Below, piece after piece: positions 49,301-64,000 of a stretch of 64,000 bases of DNA (within the stretch, counting starts at the first letter, position 1; each line of letters begins with the position of its first letter). Position numbers and translations under genes: made by a program. The notes beneath the pieces are model-generated. The model made no database searches, had not been told where the DNA came from, and saw only the letters and a program-made list of their open reading frames with translations. The stretch is from Marsupella aquatica (taxonomy: Eukaryota; Plantae; Marchantiophyta): positions 25,605,899 through 25,669,898 of the forward strand of contig OZ316891.1 of the NCBI GenBank assembly GCA_973895155.1, in the 5' to 3' direction.

Positions 49301-50392
49301 TAATGTTGAAAACCAACGATTACACTCTTTAGTTTATATTTTTATCAATTACGGAAAGAATGGATATGGGCTTGCCAGATTCATCCACCTTGCAGCTCCA
49401 TTAGCTCTTCATCAGACCTGCCAATTCAACGAGCAATAGAAATAAACATCTACCATTTGATCAGACAAAACGAGGCATACGAGATTTTCTTAGGTATATT
49501 TCGACCTTGCCAAATACTCTTCGGTCCATAGCCCCAGAGAATATGAACATTGTGCGCAGCTATTTATATTGAAGTAATGGTAAAGCCGATATCCTCCTAG
49601 CTTATCAAATCTACGAATCGAATTTTCGGTACCTGAAATCTCTCAAACCCCAAAAACAATTCTACAACTTGACCCTCCGTTGTAAGGTCCGCCGACGATC
49701 GAAATAAAAAAACTCATGTCTCGGTAAACGACTCCTCAAGGACATTGCAAATATTGAATCAATCATTGAAGGAGTGATTCAAACTTAAAATAGAGGAAGA
49801 AAATTCAGCTCCAGGGAAACAACTAGTCTTACCAGAAAAGGGTTGAATTTAGAGAATGAGGAAGACTTCCAATGTAGGGAAGCCATTTCGACCCGGGGTT
49901 CGCCCTTTCCCAGATCAGAAACAGTGCAAGCCTCACCCACGGCCTCTGCTTTTCCAGGAACCGCCCGATGGCCGACTGCTTCACCGTCTCGAGACAAATC
50001 CAGTTTCCTCGCGGCACCTGCAGGAGCTCCTCGCCATCCCGAACGTCTCTCTGAGCCACCAATCCAAGCCCTTCCCTCACAAGCGATGGCTTCACAGCAG
50101 CACCAGAGCTCCCCCCACTTCCTGAGACGACTCCTGTCTGCGTCAGCCACGTCCATAACTGATCCACTCTCTGCTCGGTGGACTGATCCACAACAGAGGC
50201 CACTCCTCCCTGCGCGGCAGAATTGATCACCACATTGAGACTCCTGATGCCCCCGCCAATCCTCCTCCTCCTCCTCCCAATGCGCCCATGACCTCTAACC
50301 CTCACACTCTGGAGCAGAGAGCAGCGCGTCGTAGTGCTGCTCCAACGAATAATTGTTGACGGCGATTGCAGCAGCAACAGGGCCCCAGCCAT
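46369..50392 (-). CDS. LSMT-L: Plastid Rubisco-LSMT / aldolase lysine methyltransferase (SET domain)
   Basis: Transit-peptide-like N-terminus; EGLGLVAQRD, WLPYI..LP, WAFGILRSR, LVPLADL|VNH, DYG..K.NGQLALDYGF, DRFFDDKVD, IRLGEKRVL, FYAERRLRDLGL; final exon VFGE*. Confidence 0.92.
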
Positions 50393-51284
50393 TGCTCCTA
50401 CAGCTCGCTGCGCTTTTCTAAAACTCAATTAAAACTGACAAAAACCCTACAGGACGGACCCTCAGGATTCTTGGTCAGAAAAGGGGTGGGGAGGGAAATG
50501 CAGAAATCGGCCGGGACAGAAAGGGATTGCAAGTGCGGTGGTGGGAAACTCTTACTCAGACAGCGCTGCACTTGCTCCGATAAATGAGTCAATCAAGGGA
50601 TTTGATAACACCTCCCTCCTCCATCAATTAGACAGGGGAGTAACAATGCAATTGCAAGCGATTGATTATTGTGGAGCAAGCAAATTCGAAGCGCAATGCA
50701 AGCAATTCAATCATCAGTCAAGGCATTTGACGACCCTTCTCCGTCAATTTGACACGGGCAGTGCAAGGGAAGGGAAGGGAAGGGAAGGGAAGGGACTGGG
50801 ATAGGATGAGCAGTCAGCAGTGATAAGTTGATCGCAACAGAGACCACCCCGCTGTGTTGGAGCAGGGGTTTTGGGGCTGGACAGGCGAGAACGAGGAGGA
50901 GGATCGATTGTTTCGTGGAGAGAAGAGCAACGCACTCTGTTTCGGAACTCTTGATTTGGATAAGGTGCAGCAGGAAAGCCGCGAGAACTCAGCCCACGCC
51001 TCGCGTCACGAAAAGAAGCTTGAATGGAGTATATACAATAGTATATTGTCACTATAGATGTTGAATTTATAATATTTTCATTATTTTATTTATTTATTTT
51101 ACGAAAATGCCACTATTTGCATATATAGTTTCCTTGTTACCTTGGTGAATACTAAATGGTGAAATTTTTATAAATAAATAAGATGTGACAGTATTGTCAA
51201 TTAGAATACCTTTAGTGACAAAGTACTTAAAAGCTTAAAGTATAATATAGCCTGATTACTCTTTCCTTAACACACCTGCCCACA

Positions 51285-51555
51285 TAAGCCCCATCCCTGA
51301 CTCTCTAGTGCTCATTGCCCTCTTGTGGTGCCCATATAGAAATCCTATTCCCTGACTCACTAGTGCTCATTGCTCTCTTGTGGTGCCCATATAGAAGCCC
51401 CATTCCTGACTCTCTAATGCTCATTGCTCTCTTGTGGTGCCCATATAAAAACCCCATTCCCGGCCTCGCTAGTGCTCATTGCTGTCTTGTAGTGCCCACA
51501 TAAAAGCCTCATTCCCTGTGTAGCTACTGTAGTGCTCATTCTTATCTTGTGATGA
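51285..51555. repeat. Tandem repeat, ~56-bp unit, ~5 copies
   Basis: CTAGTGCTCATTGCTCTCTTGTGGTGCCCATATAGAA.CCC.ATTCC repeated. Confidence 0.9.
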
Positions 51556-53235
51556 AGAGTGTATTCACCCTTACCATATTCCTGAACTGTGCACATTATA
51601 GTCAGAGCTACAGGTTACCAATACCTCACATGTGATTGTCGTTCAGAAATGTAGGAAAAATAAACTTACAAAAGAAGAATTGTATCCTGTTTCTTTGCCC
51701 CCATTCCTTTTTTTGGTCTACCCTCTCACTTCTGGTTCCCTAAAGTAGAGCCAGGTCTAGAGGTTTCACTCTAGACACTAGAAGTAGCTTTCTTTGTGTT
51801 TTATTAGTTAGATATATGTATAATAGTTGGACGGAGGACCAAAATGGACCAACCCAACCCACATAGGCTACCTTGAAATGTTCTTTTTGCTCAGACAATC
51901 TATCTATTTATCTATAAGTATATGATTTCAATCAGAAGCTACTCCCTGGGCTCAAGGGCTCGAGGGTGAAGTGTCTAGACTGTGACTAAGGGCACAACTG
52001 AAAGTGAGGGTGCTGACAAATTACAGGCAGAGAATGGCAATAAATAAACGGGAAATAGCCAGGAATTCTTCTATTTTTGCAAGATACTTTTTTGTCCTTG
52101 CCTCTATTTACATTCAAGGACCTGGTAATTAGGCTAGTAAGTATATAATCTCACCCCAAAATTATTTCCTGGGCCTATGCCTCTAGACCTTGACTCTGCA
52201 GCATAACCGAAAGTGGGAGCGCAGGGGGAAAATTATAAATGAGCTTGAATAATAAGGAATCTTTTTGAGGTATTTGCTTGATGGACCCCCAAAATGAAAA
52301 CTGTTACTTGATGGGACCCCTGAGGTTTTGGGTATATTCAGTCATATCCATGTAGCACCTTTGTAAACTTTCAGATTTTGACACGTCATCGAATTGGGGT
52401 AGTTTTCTTGATTTGGGATGAGTATAGTAAAACTGCAGGTCAAACGATAGATTGTAATTAGGTATGGGGTTGTAGAAGGGAGTTCCACTCAAATAATAGA
52501 TTTTAGTGAGGAGGTATGGGACTGTAGAAGGGGTTGTAGAGGAGAAAGATGAGGAGGGTCTGTCTAGACAGGGAGATGTGATTTTGTATTTGAGGAGGGA
52601 GTTAGTGGGGTTGTCCCTGTGTACTGAAGAGGAAATACAAGGGAGGGTGAATACTTGAACATAATCCTTGGTGACACCATACCAGGTGTCCTCTACCATG
52701 GACCACCCTTGAGCCGAAGTACTGTTGTGCTAGTGTTACTGAGACCAAATCCGCAAGCAAAGCGACCAATTGAAGGAGGATCTGCTCAACAGAGACTGAG
52801 CCAAATTATACAACATGGACTAATGGAGTATAGCCTCTCCCTCCCTATTTTTTTATGCAACCCATATCCGAACATACCACTTAGAGATTTTGAGGTAGTT
52901 CAAGCATCCACACAAATTGATCATTTTTGCAACCAAAATTCAGTTTTTATTGGCTGAAGGTTGTGATCGAAAGCCTTCCATATTTGTACAAATGGTCCAA
53001 GTCTTTTCATGCTCATCCGCTCACACTACTGGACTCAGTCCATACCCCCAATGCTCATTACATTACCTCCAGGACTACAGTACAGTTGTTAAGTCCAAAT
53101 TCTAAGCCGGCATCCTAGATGGGTCTGCAGCCAGAACAAAAGAAAGATATTTCCATACCACACTTTTGTGCCTTAAACAAGGTTAGATGTCGAGAGAGAG
53201 AGAGGTTATTATTTTAATGCAACAATATCTCTGTC

Positions 53236-56079
53236 CTACAGCAAAAGGACTCCTGTCATGGATGTGGTTGACCTGCCCCTAATGTACACTCTGCCCATCT
53301 TTTTGTCCACTTGGAGGGCCAATACTCCTCCTCTCTTTGAAGCCTGCACTTGGGACAAGACATACACCAATTTTAAACATCCTAGACCAGCACTTGGGGG
53401 AAACAGTTTGGATGGTCTTAACTTAGAGAAGGCATTGGTCAAGAGCAAGAGATTAGGGCATGTCAAAGCAAGGCCAAGAGAGAGGCAAAACTTTTGAAGT
53501 TCCAAGGGCAAGGGCGGGAAACTTTCTGGCCTTTGAGGTCCCAACCTCAAACTTCATAATAAAGAAAGTGTGTCCCATGTAAGCTTCAGGGGGTAACTAC
53601 AACAGAGGGACACAGTCTTGTGCACTTGTCACGTTGCAGGTAGCAGATCTACTTTTTCCCTATCGTTTCCAAGGGCTGAGGGCCGCAACGTTGAGGAGTG
53701 CTACATTTGAGTTGGCTCTAAGCCCGCATCCTCTGACAGGGGATGAATCAACAAGCTTAAACCATCAAGATATTCTTAAATAAAAAATATATATCTGTCA
53801 AGATAACTTTCTTCTTTGGATTCCACTACTGCATGCCAGGCTGCCCATGTGGTTCCAAATATGGCAACGGGCGTTATGCTGCAGAATGACTCCACCAAAT
53901 CCGAAGGAAAACATTTAAAGGTGGCTAAGGGGCTAAGACACATCCCCCCCCCCCAGACACAGACACACAGAGAAAACGTACCTGGTGAGCTAGTAGGCTA
54001 TCCTTCTCCAGCTTTGTTGACCAATACGGTCCTAGGACACAATGAGCACTTCCACACACAGGATCCTGGGGAATGCAACTGATTGTATTAGAGTTCATAA
54101 CGAAAGGGAAGTTTCCATGTAGGTCATTTGAATTGGACATAAGGGAGTAGTGAATGAGTATGACAAGTTCTCACCGTAGAACCTTAGTGCAAACATGGAC
54201 AATGTAAACGAGATCTCAAAATAGTGAATGGAGAAATAAAACCATTTTAGAAAATTATATAGCAGTTCTATGCTATTGCATATAAAGTCTGGCCTCAGGG
54301 CTCAATTGGATCCATTCGGAATGCCAGAAGAACGAGTAGTATACCTCATTTATGCCCACTTTTGGAAAGAAGCACCTAGACACAAAATCGAACCCTGAAG
54401 CCGTTTTCCCTGGAGCCGTAGCAATCAAGCCAAAACTATCGCAGTTGATCAACTCTTGCCAGTTTGGCTGCAGCTTGGCCACATCCTCACTCGATTCAAG
54501 CTCAACCTTCACATAAGATTCCAGAATGAGCTGGACTGTCAAACGAACCATATCCCAAGATCAGGAACAAAAGAAAGCGGGCCTGAAGGCTAAAATTGTG
54601 TAACACCTGAGAAATTTAACGGATGGACGGAACTTGAGGCAAATAAAAGGGTACTGGATCAAATCTAAAACGAGGCAGAACTGATGAACTGAATGATCAG
54701 CATCTTGCAACACGCATTGGAAGTCAGGTTTTGAGTTTACAATCAGGTAATTATTAGATCCTTTCTCCGCAGCCACCACTGCCACATTGCTCAAAGTGAT
54801 AGGAAGGGCCTCAATGGAAGACGAGACACATGGTGTAGTTGTTATCAAGGGGAAACTCATCTCCACCAGGTCTACTCTGGGGGTCTTTTTCCCCTCATTT
54901 GAAGCAGTCTCAGCATTGCTGTCGTCCGAATCAACGGTACGAATTGATAGAACTCCACTCTTTGTGTGGAAGTATATAATATCCTTCTTACCAACGACCC
55001 CGCTTTGATAGAGCAGATGAGCCGAGGCCAAGGTACCATGTCCACACAGCTTCACCTGAGCACAATTCAGATCAAGTCGTCCTCATTCCTCTCCACACCA
55101 ACTGCTGAATACCTTCTGTTTGTCCAAGAGACTGATACGAATCACAAGTGTTCTCCAAGAAACAACATTATGTTTGGCATTCAGTCCAGAGGAATTTCAA
55201 GACTGCACTTGACTTCCTTCCCACACGATCACAAGCTCCGCTCACTAAGACCAAAGAGAGAACATAGAGCCTATGGCATCTGCTTAAAAAATTAGTGATT
55301 CTTAAGAGTCATCATGATCCTTTGAGAGAAAAGCAAGATCTTAACTACTGCCAGCAAGGTTGCATGGTTTAATAAAGAAGTAGAAAAGAAGAACCCAATG
55401 CTCAAGAATTCACACGCTTGGAATTAAAACATGTGTAAGACCCAGTGACGTAGACTTCCAGAATTAAGCCCCTGAGCGAAAACTGGGTAAGAGATTACCA
55501 AACCATCAAGTTCACATGTCAAAACCCACCTCTTCTACAGGAGTAAACCATCGTAGATGGAAATCATGACTCATAGTCTGAGTTTCGCCCAGTGCATTGG
55601 AACCGTCTCTGCTGTCTATCACGGGCTTCTCTTTCTTGACAAGAAAAGCTGTTTGAGACTGGTTGAACTCGGCTGCGACATCCTGCAACCACTCATCATC
55701 TTTCCATTCTGAGAGCAGAACCACAGCTGCTGGGTGGCCTCTCAAATTGTCCCAAACAAAAGCATCAACCTGCCATGGAAACAAGATGTAAGATCCGAGC
55801 AATTAGTCTGTCTTCCAATACCCTTCCGGTTCTCTACAAAATTGGAACTTACTGCACTGTGACGGTTTTCAAAGTTCAGCTAGAATTTTCATTTTTGGCT
55901 GATTCAAGACGAACTCTGACCAACGGCATGTTTGATGCTAGATCAAATTCATGGCAGCTCAGGGACAACTTCCGAAGTTTACAGAGGCTTACAACGGCGT
56001 ATTCGATGGACTGAGGCGACTTGACTAGAGCTTCCACAGCTCCCGCCAGCGGGCGATTATGGTCCATCCCCACGCCCAT
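53236..56079 (-). CDS. PhzF/PhzC-like (diaminopimelate-epimerase fold) protein, ~6 exons
   Basis: VDAF..GHPAAV, AAEFNQSQTAF, LRWFTP..E|VKLCGHGTLASAH, FHTKSG, DFVSRCFFPKVGINE|DPVCGSAHC.L.PYW, ASKRGG. The start codon is uncertain. Confidence 0.9.
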
Positions 56080-56289
56080 ATTGGCTCTTCGGCTTCGAAT
56101 GTCGCCAAACTCGGAGCAGCCAATGTGCCCAATTAGCTTTGCAGAAGATTCTGAAGGCTGATGAAAACCAGAGAGAGAGTGAATTGCAATCCACAAGCCT
56201 GGTCCAGAAACGCTGTGGCGTCAAAGATGGTTTGTGTTTGCATTGCGAATCAGAAAGACCGAGAAGCAAGCACAGAAGCGATGCAAGAT

Positions 56290-57282
56290 CTGCCTAGCTC
56301 AGAGGAGGTGGGCTCTCTTCACCGTCGTGCTAATCCATTTGTAGGTTGCACGCCCAGACCAGGCTTGGCTAGCATTGCCTTGAAGGGACATCCGTGGACT
56401 TTGGAGACCACTTCAGGACCGGGCTTGACAGGGACTCGTTAATTGAATTTAATCTTTGGTACGTAGCCCAAAATGGAATCGACCATATATGCCTAGCTCA
56501 GAGGAGGTAGGCTCTCTTCACAGTCGTGCTAGTCGATTCGTAGATTGCAAGCCCAGATCAGGCTTGGCTAGCTGTGCCTTGAAAGAACATCTGTGGACTT
56601 TTGAGACCACTGCAGGACCGGGCTTGCAAGGGACTTGTTAATTGATTTTAATCTTTGACACGTAGCCCAAAATGGAATCGACAATATATGCCTAGCTCAG
56701 AGGAGGTAGGTTCTCTTCACCGTCGTGCTAGTCCATTTGTAGATTGCAAGCCCAGACCAGGCTTGGCTATCATTGCCTTGGAGGAACATCTTTGGACTTT
56801 TAAGACCATGCAGGACCGGGCTTGCAAGGGACTTGTTAATTGATTTCAATCTTTGACACGTAGCCCAAAATGGAATCAACCATATCTGGTAACGTTTCTA
56901 ATCTCTGGCTTCATTCTGAATAACTGTTAGCTTGGAATCGAGTACAGAGCTTGTAGTCACCAGATGGGTACTCATCTTGAAGAAACTTTTGACATTTCGG
57001 ACTTTGCATCCATCTGGTAGACCGGGATTGTTTGATCTCGGTGTACATCTTTGGACTTTTAAGACCGCTGCAGGACCGGGCTTGCAAGGGACTTGTTAAT
57101 AGATTTCAATCTTTGACACGTAGCCCAAAATGGAGTCAACCATATATGGTAACGTTTCTAATCTCTGGCTTCAATTCTGAATAACTTTTAGCTTGGACTC
57201 GAGTACAGGGCTTATAGTCACCAGATAGGTACTCATCTTGAAGAAACTTTTGCCATTTCGGACTTTGCATCCATCTGGTAGA
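56290..57282. repeat. Three ~199-bp tandem repeats (56290-56880) plus a further ~235-bp duplication (56785-57020 / 57045-57282)
   Basis: TGCCTAGCTCAGAGGAGGT.GG.TCTCTTCAC starts at ~56291, 56490 and 56688. Confidence 0.92.
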
Positions 57283-58785
57283 TTGTTTCGACAGGCACAG
57301 GAGGTGGTGGTGGCGAAACCTCTATTACTGTACTGCAAAATATTAGGATACACTTAAACTTTCACTAGCCTCAGGTAGAACTAACTTCTCTTGCCTCTAT
57401 TCAAGTTTATCCGCAGTGTGCCTGGTCAGGAGTACCCCAAAGAAAAATTCAACGCTCGATGTCTTGTTTGAAGTCTCGAACGGACAGAACTGAGCTTCTT
57501 AGTCGGTACTGCTTCAGGTGAACATTTGCGTTTTGATATCTAGACGTCCCGAAACCTCGTACAGTTCATGCTCTCCATCATAATTATCACAATTGAAAGA
57601 GACTGGGTCAAATTGGCCTAACTGACTTGATTCGCCGTAATGTGCTCAATAATTGTGGGCTAGGTGAGCAGCTGTCAACGATGCTATCAAAGGGACGACA
57701 TCAGCTATGGAAATATAATATCCTTCCCAAAGCCAGCTTCTCACACATTTGGCAAGGTAGAAATGATGGAATATATGATAACCTTAGAGAATCACTTCAA
57801 ATTTCAGACCAACGGTTCCAGATAACATCACCGATACGCTTCAAGCAGGGAGATCTTCCGCACAGATATAAGATTCCAGAGTGGATGAAATGGATGAGAG
57901 AAAAATAAATATAGGCTAAGATCGTATAAAGATTCATCAGATTATGAACTCTCACTTTGCAATATTAGTAAAGACAGGGATGAAGGCTCGAAATTAGCTT
58001 CCGGTTCGTTTTAACAATCATCAATGTTGAATCAGGCAAAAGCTGTGTCACGTTCCAAACCTGAGGTATAGATTGCTGCATTTCCTGGGTTGAGCACAAA
58101 TTAGTTTTCGAGGCGCGTGGAAACCAACAAGAGCTATTGAAAGCAGGCACGCCACAAGCTGAAATTGGCACAATTTTTACAAGGCAAATGTAGCCTTCTC
58201 TTCCAATGCCAACATTGTATCTTGCCGTAGATATGAACCATAAAAGAACAGATTTTTCACAACTCGCATCATCCTTTGGACCAGGCAATTCATCGCAACC
58301 CACGGTTTGTTCACTATTCCTAATCAAGCTATGGACTCCTTTGCAACATAAAGACGGTCAGTCGAAGCAGCCTAGAAAGAACATTGGAATCAAGAAGGCT
58401 CACAAGTTGTGCATCCACCAGATTCTGCAAAATTACATGCGGTGGTGCAATCTTTGTTGCTTCAACTTGGACACATAATAATTTACCTAAAGGGAAGAGA
58501 AGCAACCACCTGAACCAAGCCTCCCGTTTGGCACAGGGCTATTCTGTATGGGGTGTCGGTCAAAAATTTGTGATGATATCTCAAACTCCATGTACAACAA
58601 TAGTGGCTCGTTGGGGCATGTGCACAGGAACTCTAAAAAATGGCTGACTTGTGCAGGTTCATACCTTTACACAACGTGGTAACACAACAATAGGGGTGAG
58701 GCTGAAGTAATGTGTTTGGTGGCAAAAGTGTCTACTATACAAGACCAAGAACTACCTCTTTTCCTTACGAACAATTGTTTGAGGC

Positions 58786-61700
58786 TCAAAGCTGAGGTGC
58801 TGGAACACCTGGAGAATTAGAAGCACCAGCTAGGGCGTTAACAACCATGACAATCCCTTTGACGGCATTGGGATGGCCCGAAGATCCACCTGGCGCGGTC
58901 TGTGCTGACATAGGAACAGGACGCGTTAAGCGAGGCCCGTCACCTGGATATTGGCTCCTCTGGATGTTCGAGTGCATCATCATCTCTGCCCGTACAGGAT
59001 CCACGTGAAATTGTGAAACTGCACAAAATCCCACATACAAAATCCATCAGGGGATCAACAGTTTTATGCTAACGACTGAACCATACTTATTTCAGACCAT
59101 TCACCATCGGAGGTTATGACAGTGAGCACAAGAAAGCTTTACATTAGGAGCTGCCTATCAAAGTGCCGAGAGGTCTGCTTGGATTCCACTGATGATTACG
59201 CTGTGATATTGGCTGTGATATTTCCGTACCATCTAAGGACACCTCTGACGCATCATGAACAAAGATTTCGAGGATCTATCTACCAACAGTTCTACAACCA
59301 AACGGTTTCAACCACTTCTGGAAATAAATGGTGATCATATACCTCTTCGTTTTCCGACAGCTACAATCCTCCTCAAACAATCTCGAAACTCTGACAGGAT
59401 GACTCGTTCTTGTTCTGCATGGAGGGTTGTACCGTATGGCTTGTGGCCACCAGAATAAGATGCCCCAGAAGGAGAAGGAGGTGCGGTAAACAACGTGTCC
59501 TGCTCATCACACATTAAAGCTAGTGTTCCTGGAGACATGGCTCTTTTCTTGCGTCCATTTTCCACCTCTCCATCGTCTGCACTTCGACTTGCATCGTCTT
59601 CAGTCCTTTCATTGGCTCCGGCAACATCACTCCTGGTGACCTCTGTAACTTTTTCGGCTGCTTCCTCTTCTTTTCCTGTTGCCGTCGTGTTCTCTCTGAC
59701 GGAATTGCCTCCATTGTCCACAACTTTGGCAGTACTTGCTACTGATTGACCCTGATCCGCTGATCCAACAAGTGTACAACGAGTATTAACAAACGAGGCA
59801 AGAAGGTGGAGGAGGATAGATGTCTACCAAACAAACTGAAAGTCAGCAAAAACAGCATAATCAAGCAGGGGGAGAGTTGCGACATTTCTTCATTCTGCAG
59901 ATCACAGCTACAAAGTTGAATTTCCGGAGGATGCTGCATCCATGCAAGAGGTTAAAAAAATTCGGAAACGAAACTTACACGATGCCTCGGGAAACACACC
60001 TGCAAAAGATCTTTCAACTTCATTGGACACAATGACCAGAAGTTTGCACAACTCTTGAATGGCATCGTGTTGGACAACACCCGCCAGCACTGACCTGCGT
60101 ACGCATCAGAGAACACCTTGTTGAGACATCGAATAAAGTTTCTTTCATACTTATAGCATATACTTGCGAAACGACTTTTAAGGGGGAACCTACAGGACCG
60201 CACACGAACGGCATCCTCTATTCAAACACGATCAATCCAAGACCTTCCTGTTGGTTTCATAGAGTACAAAATCCGTTACTCGGCACTGGACTAACTGTGT
60301 GTCACAAGAAGGTGAAAATGCCTGGTGAGTAATCAATCCATACTGCATCAAGCTAAACCAGCCGAGGCATAATTGACCAAGAAATTTGAAAAACCTCAGT
60401 GGTGTTAACAAGCAATGGAGCCTACCTCTGGATCATTTGCACTGCCGGTGCCAGCAATGAATTTCCTTTGACTGTAGGCAGTAATGCTGCAGCAGAAGTT
60501 CCTGCTGTAGGACTGTTTTTAATTGCTGAAGGCTGCCAAACAATAGCGACAGAAGAGCAAACAGACTCCGGTGTAAAATATCTCGTTATCACTATAAGAG
60601 AATTTCACATCCAACCAGATATGGAAGGGTTCTATAAAGTCTGCAAACAGGAAAAGGCTTGGATGCGTTCCACAGCAACGAACCAAAGGCACAGTGTCCA
60701 AGAGTGCTAAACTAAAACCACGGATATTGTACTTGCATTCCTCCCTCCGCCCTCTTCTCCTTTGACAAGGCAATTTCTTAGTTGAGTTGCATCATTCGGC
60801 AAAGTTAATTCTTCAGTAAACAAAAACAAATCTGACGTTCATAAACTTAGTGGTGGTGGAGGAAACGGAAGAGACATGAATCCCACTTTACCGAAGAAAA
60901 TTACTCCAAAACCCAACAACTAGTTCATTAGACGGAAGCTTCGGCTCTACACGAATTCATAATGTGATACTGTGGACTATGCAGCATAAAGCACCTGCAA
61001 CACAGGTGGAGGGGGAGCTCTGCGAGGTGGAGCTTGCTCCTTCAAGCCTTGCTGAGCAACAAATACCAGATCATGTGTCCTCCTCCGTTTCATTGGTGAC
61101 GGAGAAAAGCCTCCTGGTCCTGCAGAGGGTGCCGATGATCCCGGCGTAGCCGAGCCGTTTGTGGTGACATGTACATACGCCAAACCTGCATTGTGATCTC
61201 CATGGAAAAGTGCTCTCCTTTCCTCACTTCCTTCGAAGTTCTTGCAGTCAATACATTTACAGTTATCAGAGCAGAGAATGTTGGCCTGAAAACATTCACA
61301 GTATTTCTTCAAGCATCCCGATTTCTTGCAATGGCATCCTTTGTTGTGCTTCCCTGCAACTGGATGTTCACCAGTATCGTCCTGCAAAAACATTTAATCA
61401 GGGCATTGATACGTGAACGGAAGAGAACAGGTGGAACGGTTGAGAAGTTTTCAATGCAAATGAGCTTTCTCTCAATAACGCTATTCACCGTGCATTCTGG
61501 ACACACGGCTGATACAAGAATAGCCATCCACAATTTTAGCAGTGATTTCATGACGAGACTGATGTAAGCACATTGATGCTGCAAGCACGCTTGATAGTCG
61601 TAATGGTTAACTCATTCATATTATGATCAGATCTAAAGTCACGGTTAGCGATCAAAAACGATTCTTGTTCATAACAGCCGAGTTAGATTATACCCGGCTG

Positions 61701-63630
61701 TCGCCCCGAAGCAACCCACTTGGACTACTAGCAATCTTTGGCCTGAAAGCATTTGGATTCCGCTCTAGTGTTGCTTCAACAGCTTCTTGTCGAACTGACT
61801 CATTCTCCACATTATTACAGCAATTGACACAGTTGCACCCGTCGCAATAGGTACCTGAGGCAAAACACTCACAGTACCTGTCGCATAACGACCCGATGAG
61901 ACGAGCTTAACAACTTACAACAAATAAGGGACGTTTGAAGATTGCAAGTCACGCCACAGCAAGACCTTGCAACCATATCTGGTCATTCAAGAGTGGCACT
62001 CTCAACACACACTGCACGGAGAAATTAGAGAGACATGCCGTTCCGCCAGTACGAACATATTGTGGAAAAGATGAGAATCTCACAACTTCAGGCAACGCGA
62101 GTTTTTACAGTTGCACTGCTTGCACTTCTTTGTCGGAGTCCCACCACCATCCTTCGATTCAAATACAGACCTGGGCCTTGGTCCAGGAGCTCTAGGTGAA
62201 CCATGGTTTTTCCTACAAAATCACAATTAAATGCCTGTTTTCAATTCACAATAAAAATTTCCAGAACTTGCAGATCATTACAGGCATGGTCAAGGAGCCG
62301 TAGAGACACGATGCACGACAGCTATCCCATCAGCGGCCCCCTAAGTAGGAAGGCCAGGTTCGAACCCTTACTGTTTAGACTAAAGGTCATGGTGCTCTTT
62401 GTTTACCTTCAACAATTCCTTCCATCGTGTGCCTTTGCAATGATTGATAAAAAAGGAAAGCATCCTTTTTTACTTATGCGTAAGTGTACGAGATTGATCA
62501 TCCTCATTTGCGCAGCACATAGATAAACTAGTAAACCGTAGCAGACAACCAAAACTGTTACCAGTTAAGCATCCCTCTAGACACTGCCTCTCCAGCTGGA
62601 TGGAACCCGGTCTCAGAAAACTACATGGACACCACTGGAAACTGCCATACTGATGATCCTGAGCACCTGCTAGGTAGCAACTATTGGACATTGAGGGGTG
62701 TTTCAAGACCCTCACTTGCGCTGACTGTAAGAACTCAAAGCAATGATGCGGGACCCATGATGTTCTGGACCCTGATTCTTTAGGACATCTAATGCAGCAG
62801 TCAGAAGGGTGGACTGAAATCCGTCAATTGCAAATGGATCCACAAGCTCAGACGGACTAGACCGTTGACTTGCGGCAATGACAATACTTTCAGGGCCACA
62901 GTGTATGATACCGGGAATAACACCAGGTAGAAGGAGTTTCCAACACCGGACTTGTCACTGGACTGGCAAGTATGGGTGGGTATTCACACAACTAATTCGT
63001 AAAAGGAACTCTTCCGACTATCACACGACAAGGAAAAGATAGCGGCAACTCAGTGGACATGATCAGCCACGGCTTCAACTCTGATTCCTAATTCCTCTAC
63101 ATTTGGGCTAAGCTTGCCTTTGGAGACGGCAAGTATACCACTGCTACTGCACATGCAATCTACATTCAATCTACAAGATTACCACCTTCCATTCAAGCAG
63201 AGAGTGATATTCTGAACCGATGGGTGGACTTCCTACTGCACTCGAACAAATAGCCTGCCTTGTTTCATAATTCCACCTTGACACTCAAAGACAGCGTTGC
63301 TGAAGTATTGATTAGGATACAACAAGAAATAACCAGTGAGTACCTGACAGGCGAGGAGACGGGCGAAGCGGGCCGCGGATTGTACAAGTTGCTCTGCTGA
63401 GAGCGCATAGATGTCTCAGAAGAGGTGGAGGCATTCCCATACATGTAGGTGAAGTCAAGTTGCCTCACAGGCTTTCGCATGGGCTGGTCTCCACCTCCCT
63501 GCTGCGGCGGCGGCCCCGCCCCCCCGGCAAAGCTCATGGAGACTGGTGGTGCCAGAGAGAGGGAAGGCACGGACTGTAACGGATCCATTGCTCCAGCAGT
63601 TGTCTTCATGAGGCCCCGCACTTGATTCAT
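58786..63630 (-). CDS. TCX: TSO1/tesmin-like CXC (CRC/CPP) domain protein
   Basis: [23 protein letters not shown]|[92 protein letters not shown]. Confidence 0.93.
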
Positions 63631-64000
63631 AAGAAGTAGGCTTCACGGTAGATGATTAAATCCTCCACTGGCGAGAGCAAATGACACCAGCAGCTTCCCA
63701 ACGTCTACACTGCGGATCATTGCGAGACTGAATGGCCTCACCCACCCCCAGCAAGACTGCTTGAAATGGAATTCCAGCCGCAATTGCTCAGACAGAGTTT
63801 GTGTTTCCCCTCCCTATTACCCAAAGACGCTAAACTCCGTCATCCGCCCGGGAGCTCTTACAGTGACATAGGGCGCCAAGCCTCCACATCAACCCCCACT
63901 CGGAATAATGCACAGTAGCAAAACACGTCCCTCTTCTTCGTATGCCTCGATTCTTACCTGTCTGTTCGCATAATTCTCCGTCCTCACTCATTGCTTGTCA

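Noticed and set aside
52304-53118. ORFs between LSMT-L and the PhzF-like gene
   Set aside because: Low-complexity or unrecognisable translations; no support as genes.

Overview
Eukaryotic, intron-containing land-plant DNA; gene content and LINE type suggest a bryophyte such as a liverwort (inference). The left third is rich in transposable elements. Its main feature is a ~12.1-kb DNA transposon (6887-19016) bounded by ~32-bp terminal inverted repeats (TIRs) starting CACAGTG/CACAATG. It encodes a DUF7869/Sola-like transposase (- strand), a spliced ParB-like + beta-class N6A/N4C DNA methyltransferase + Ulp1 SUMO-protease fusion gene (+ strand), an F-box-like gene and a small Cys-rich ORF. It also carries about 25 copies of a long palindrome (core GGGATACnnnGTATCCC), mostly clustered in its own predicted introns. 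This copy is pseudogenised. Fragments of a CRE-like retrotransposon flank it. The right two thirds hold host genes: cytosolic glutamine synthetase, an LYK3-like LysM receptor kinase with degenerate catalytic motifs, a stand-alone archaeal-type RibB/DHBP-synthase-like gene, LSMT-L, a PhzF-family gene and a TSO1/tesmin CXC gene. A truncated L1-like LINE, a tRNA-derived SINE and several tandem repeats are also present. All assignments come from motif recognition by eye; no database searches were run.
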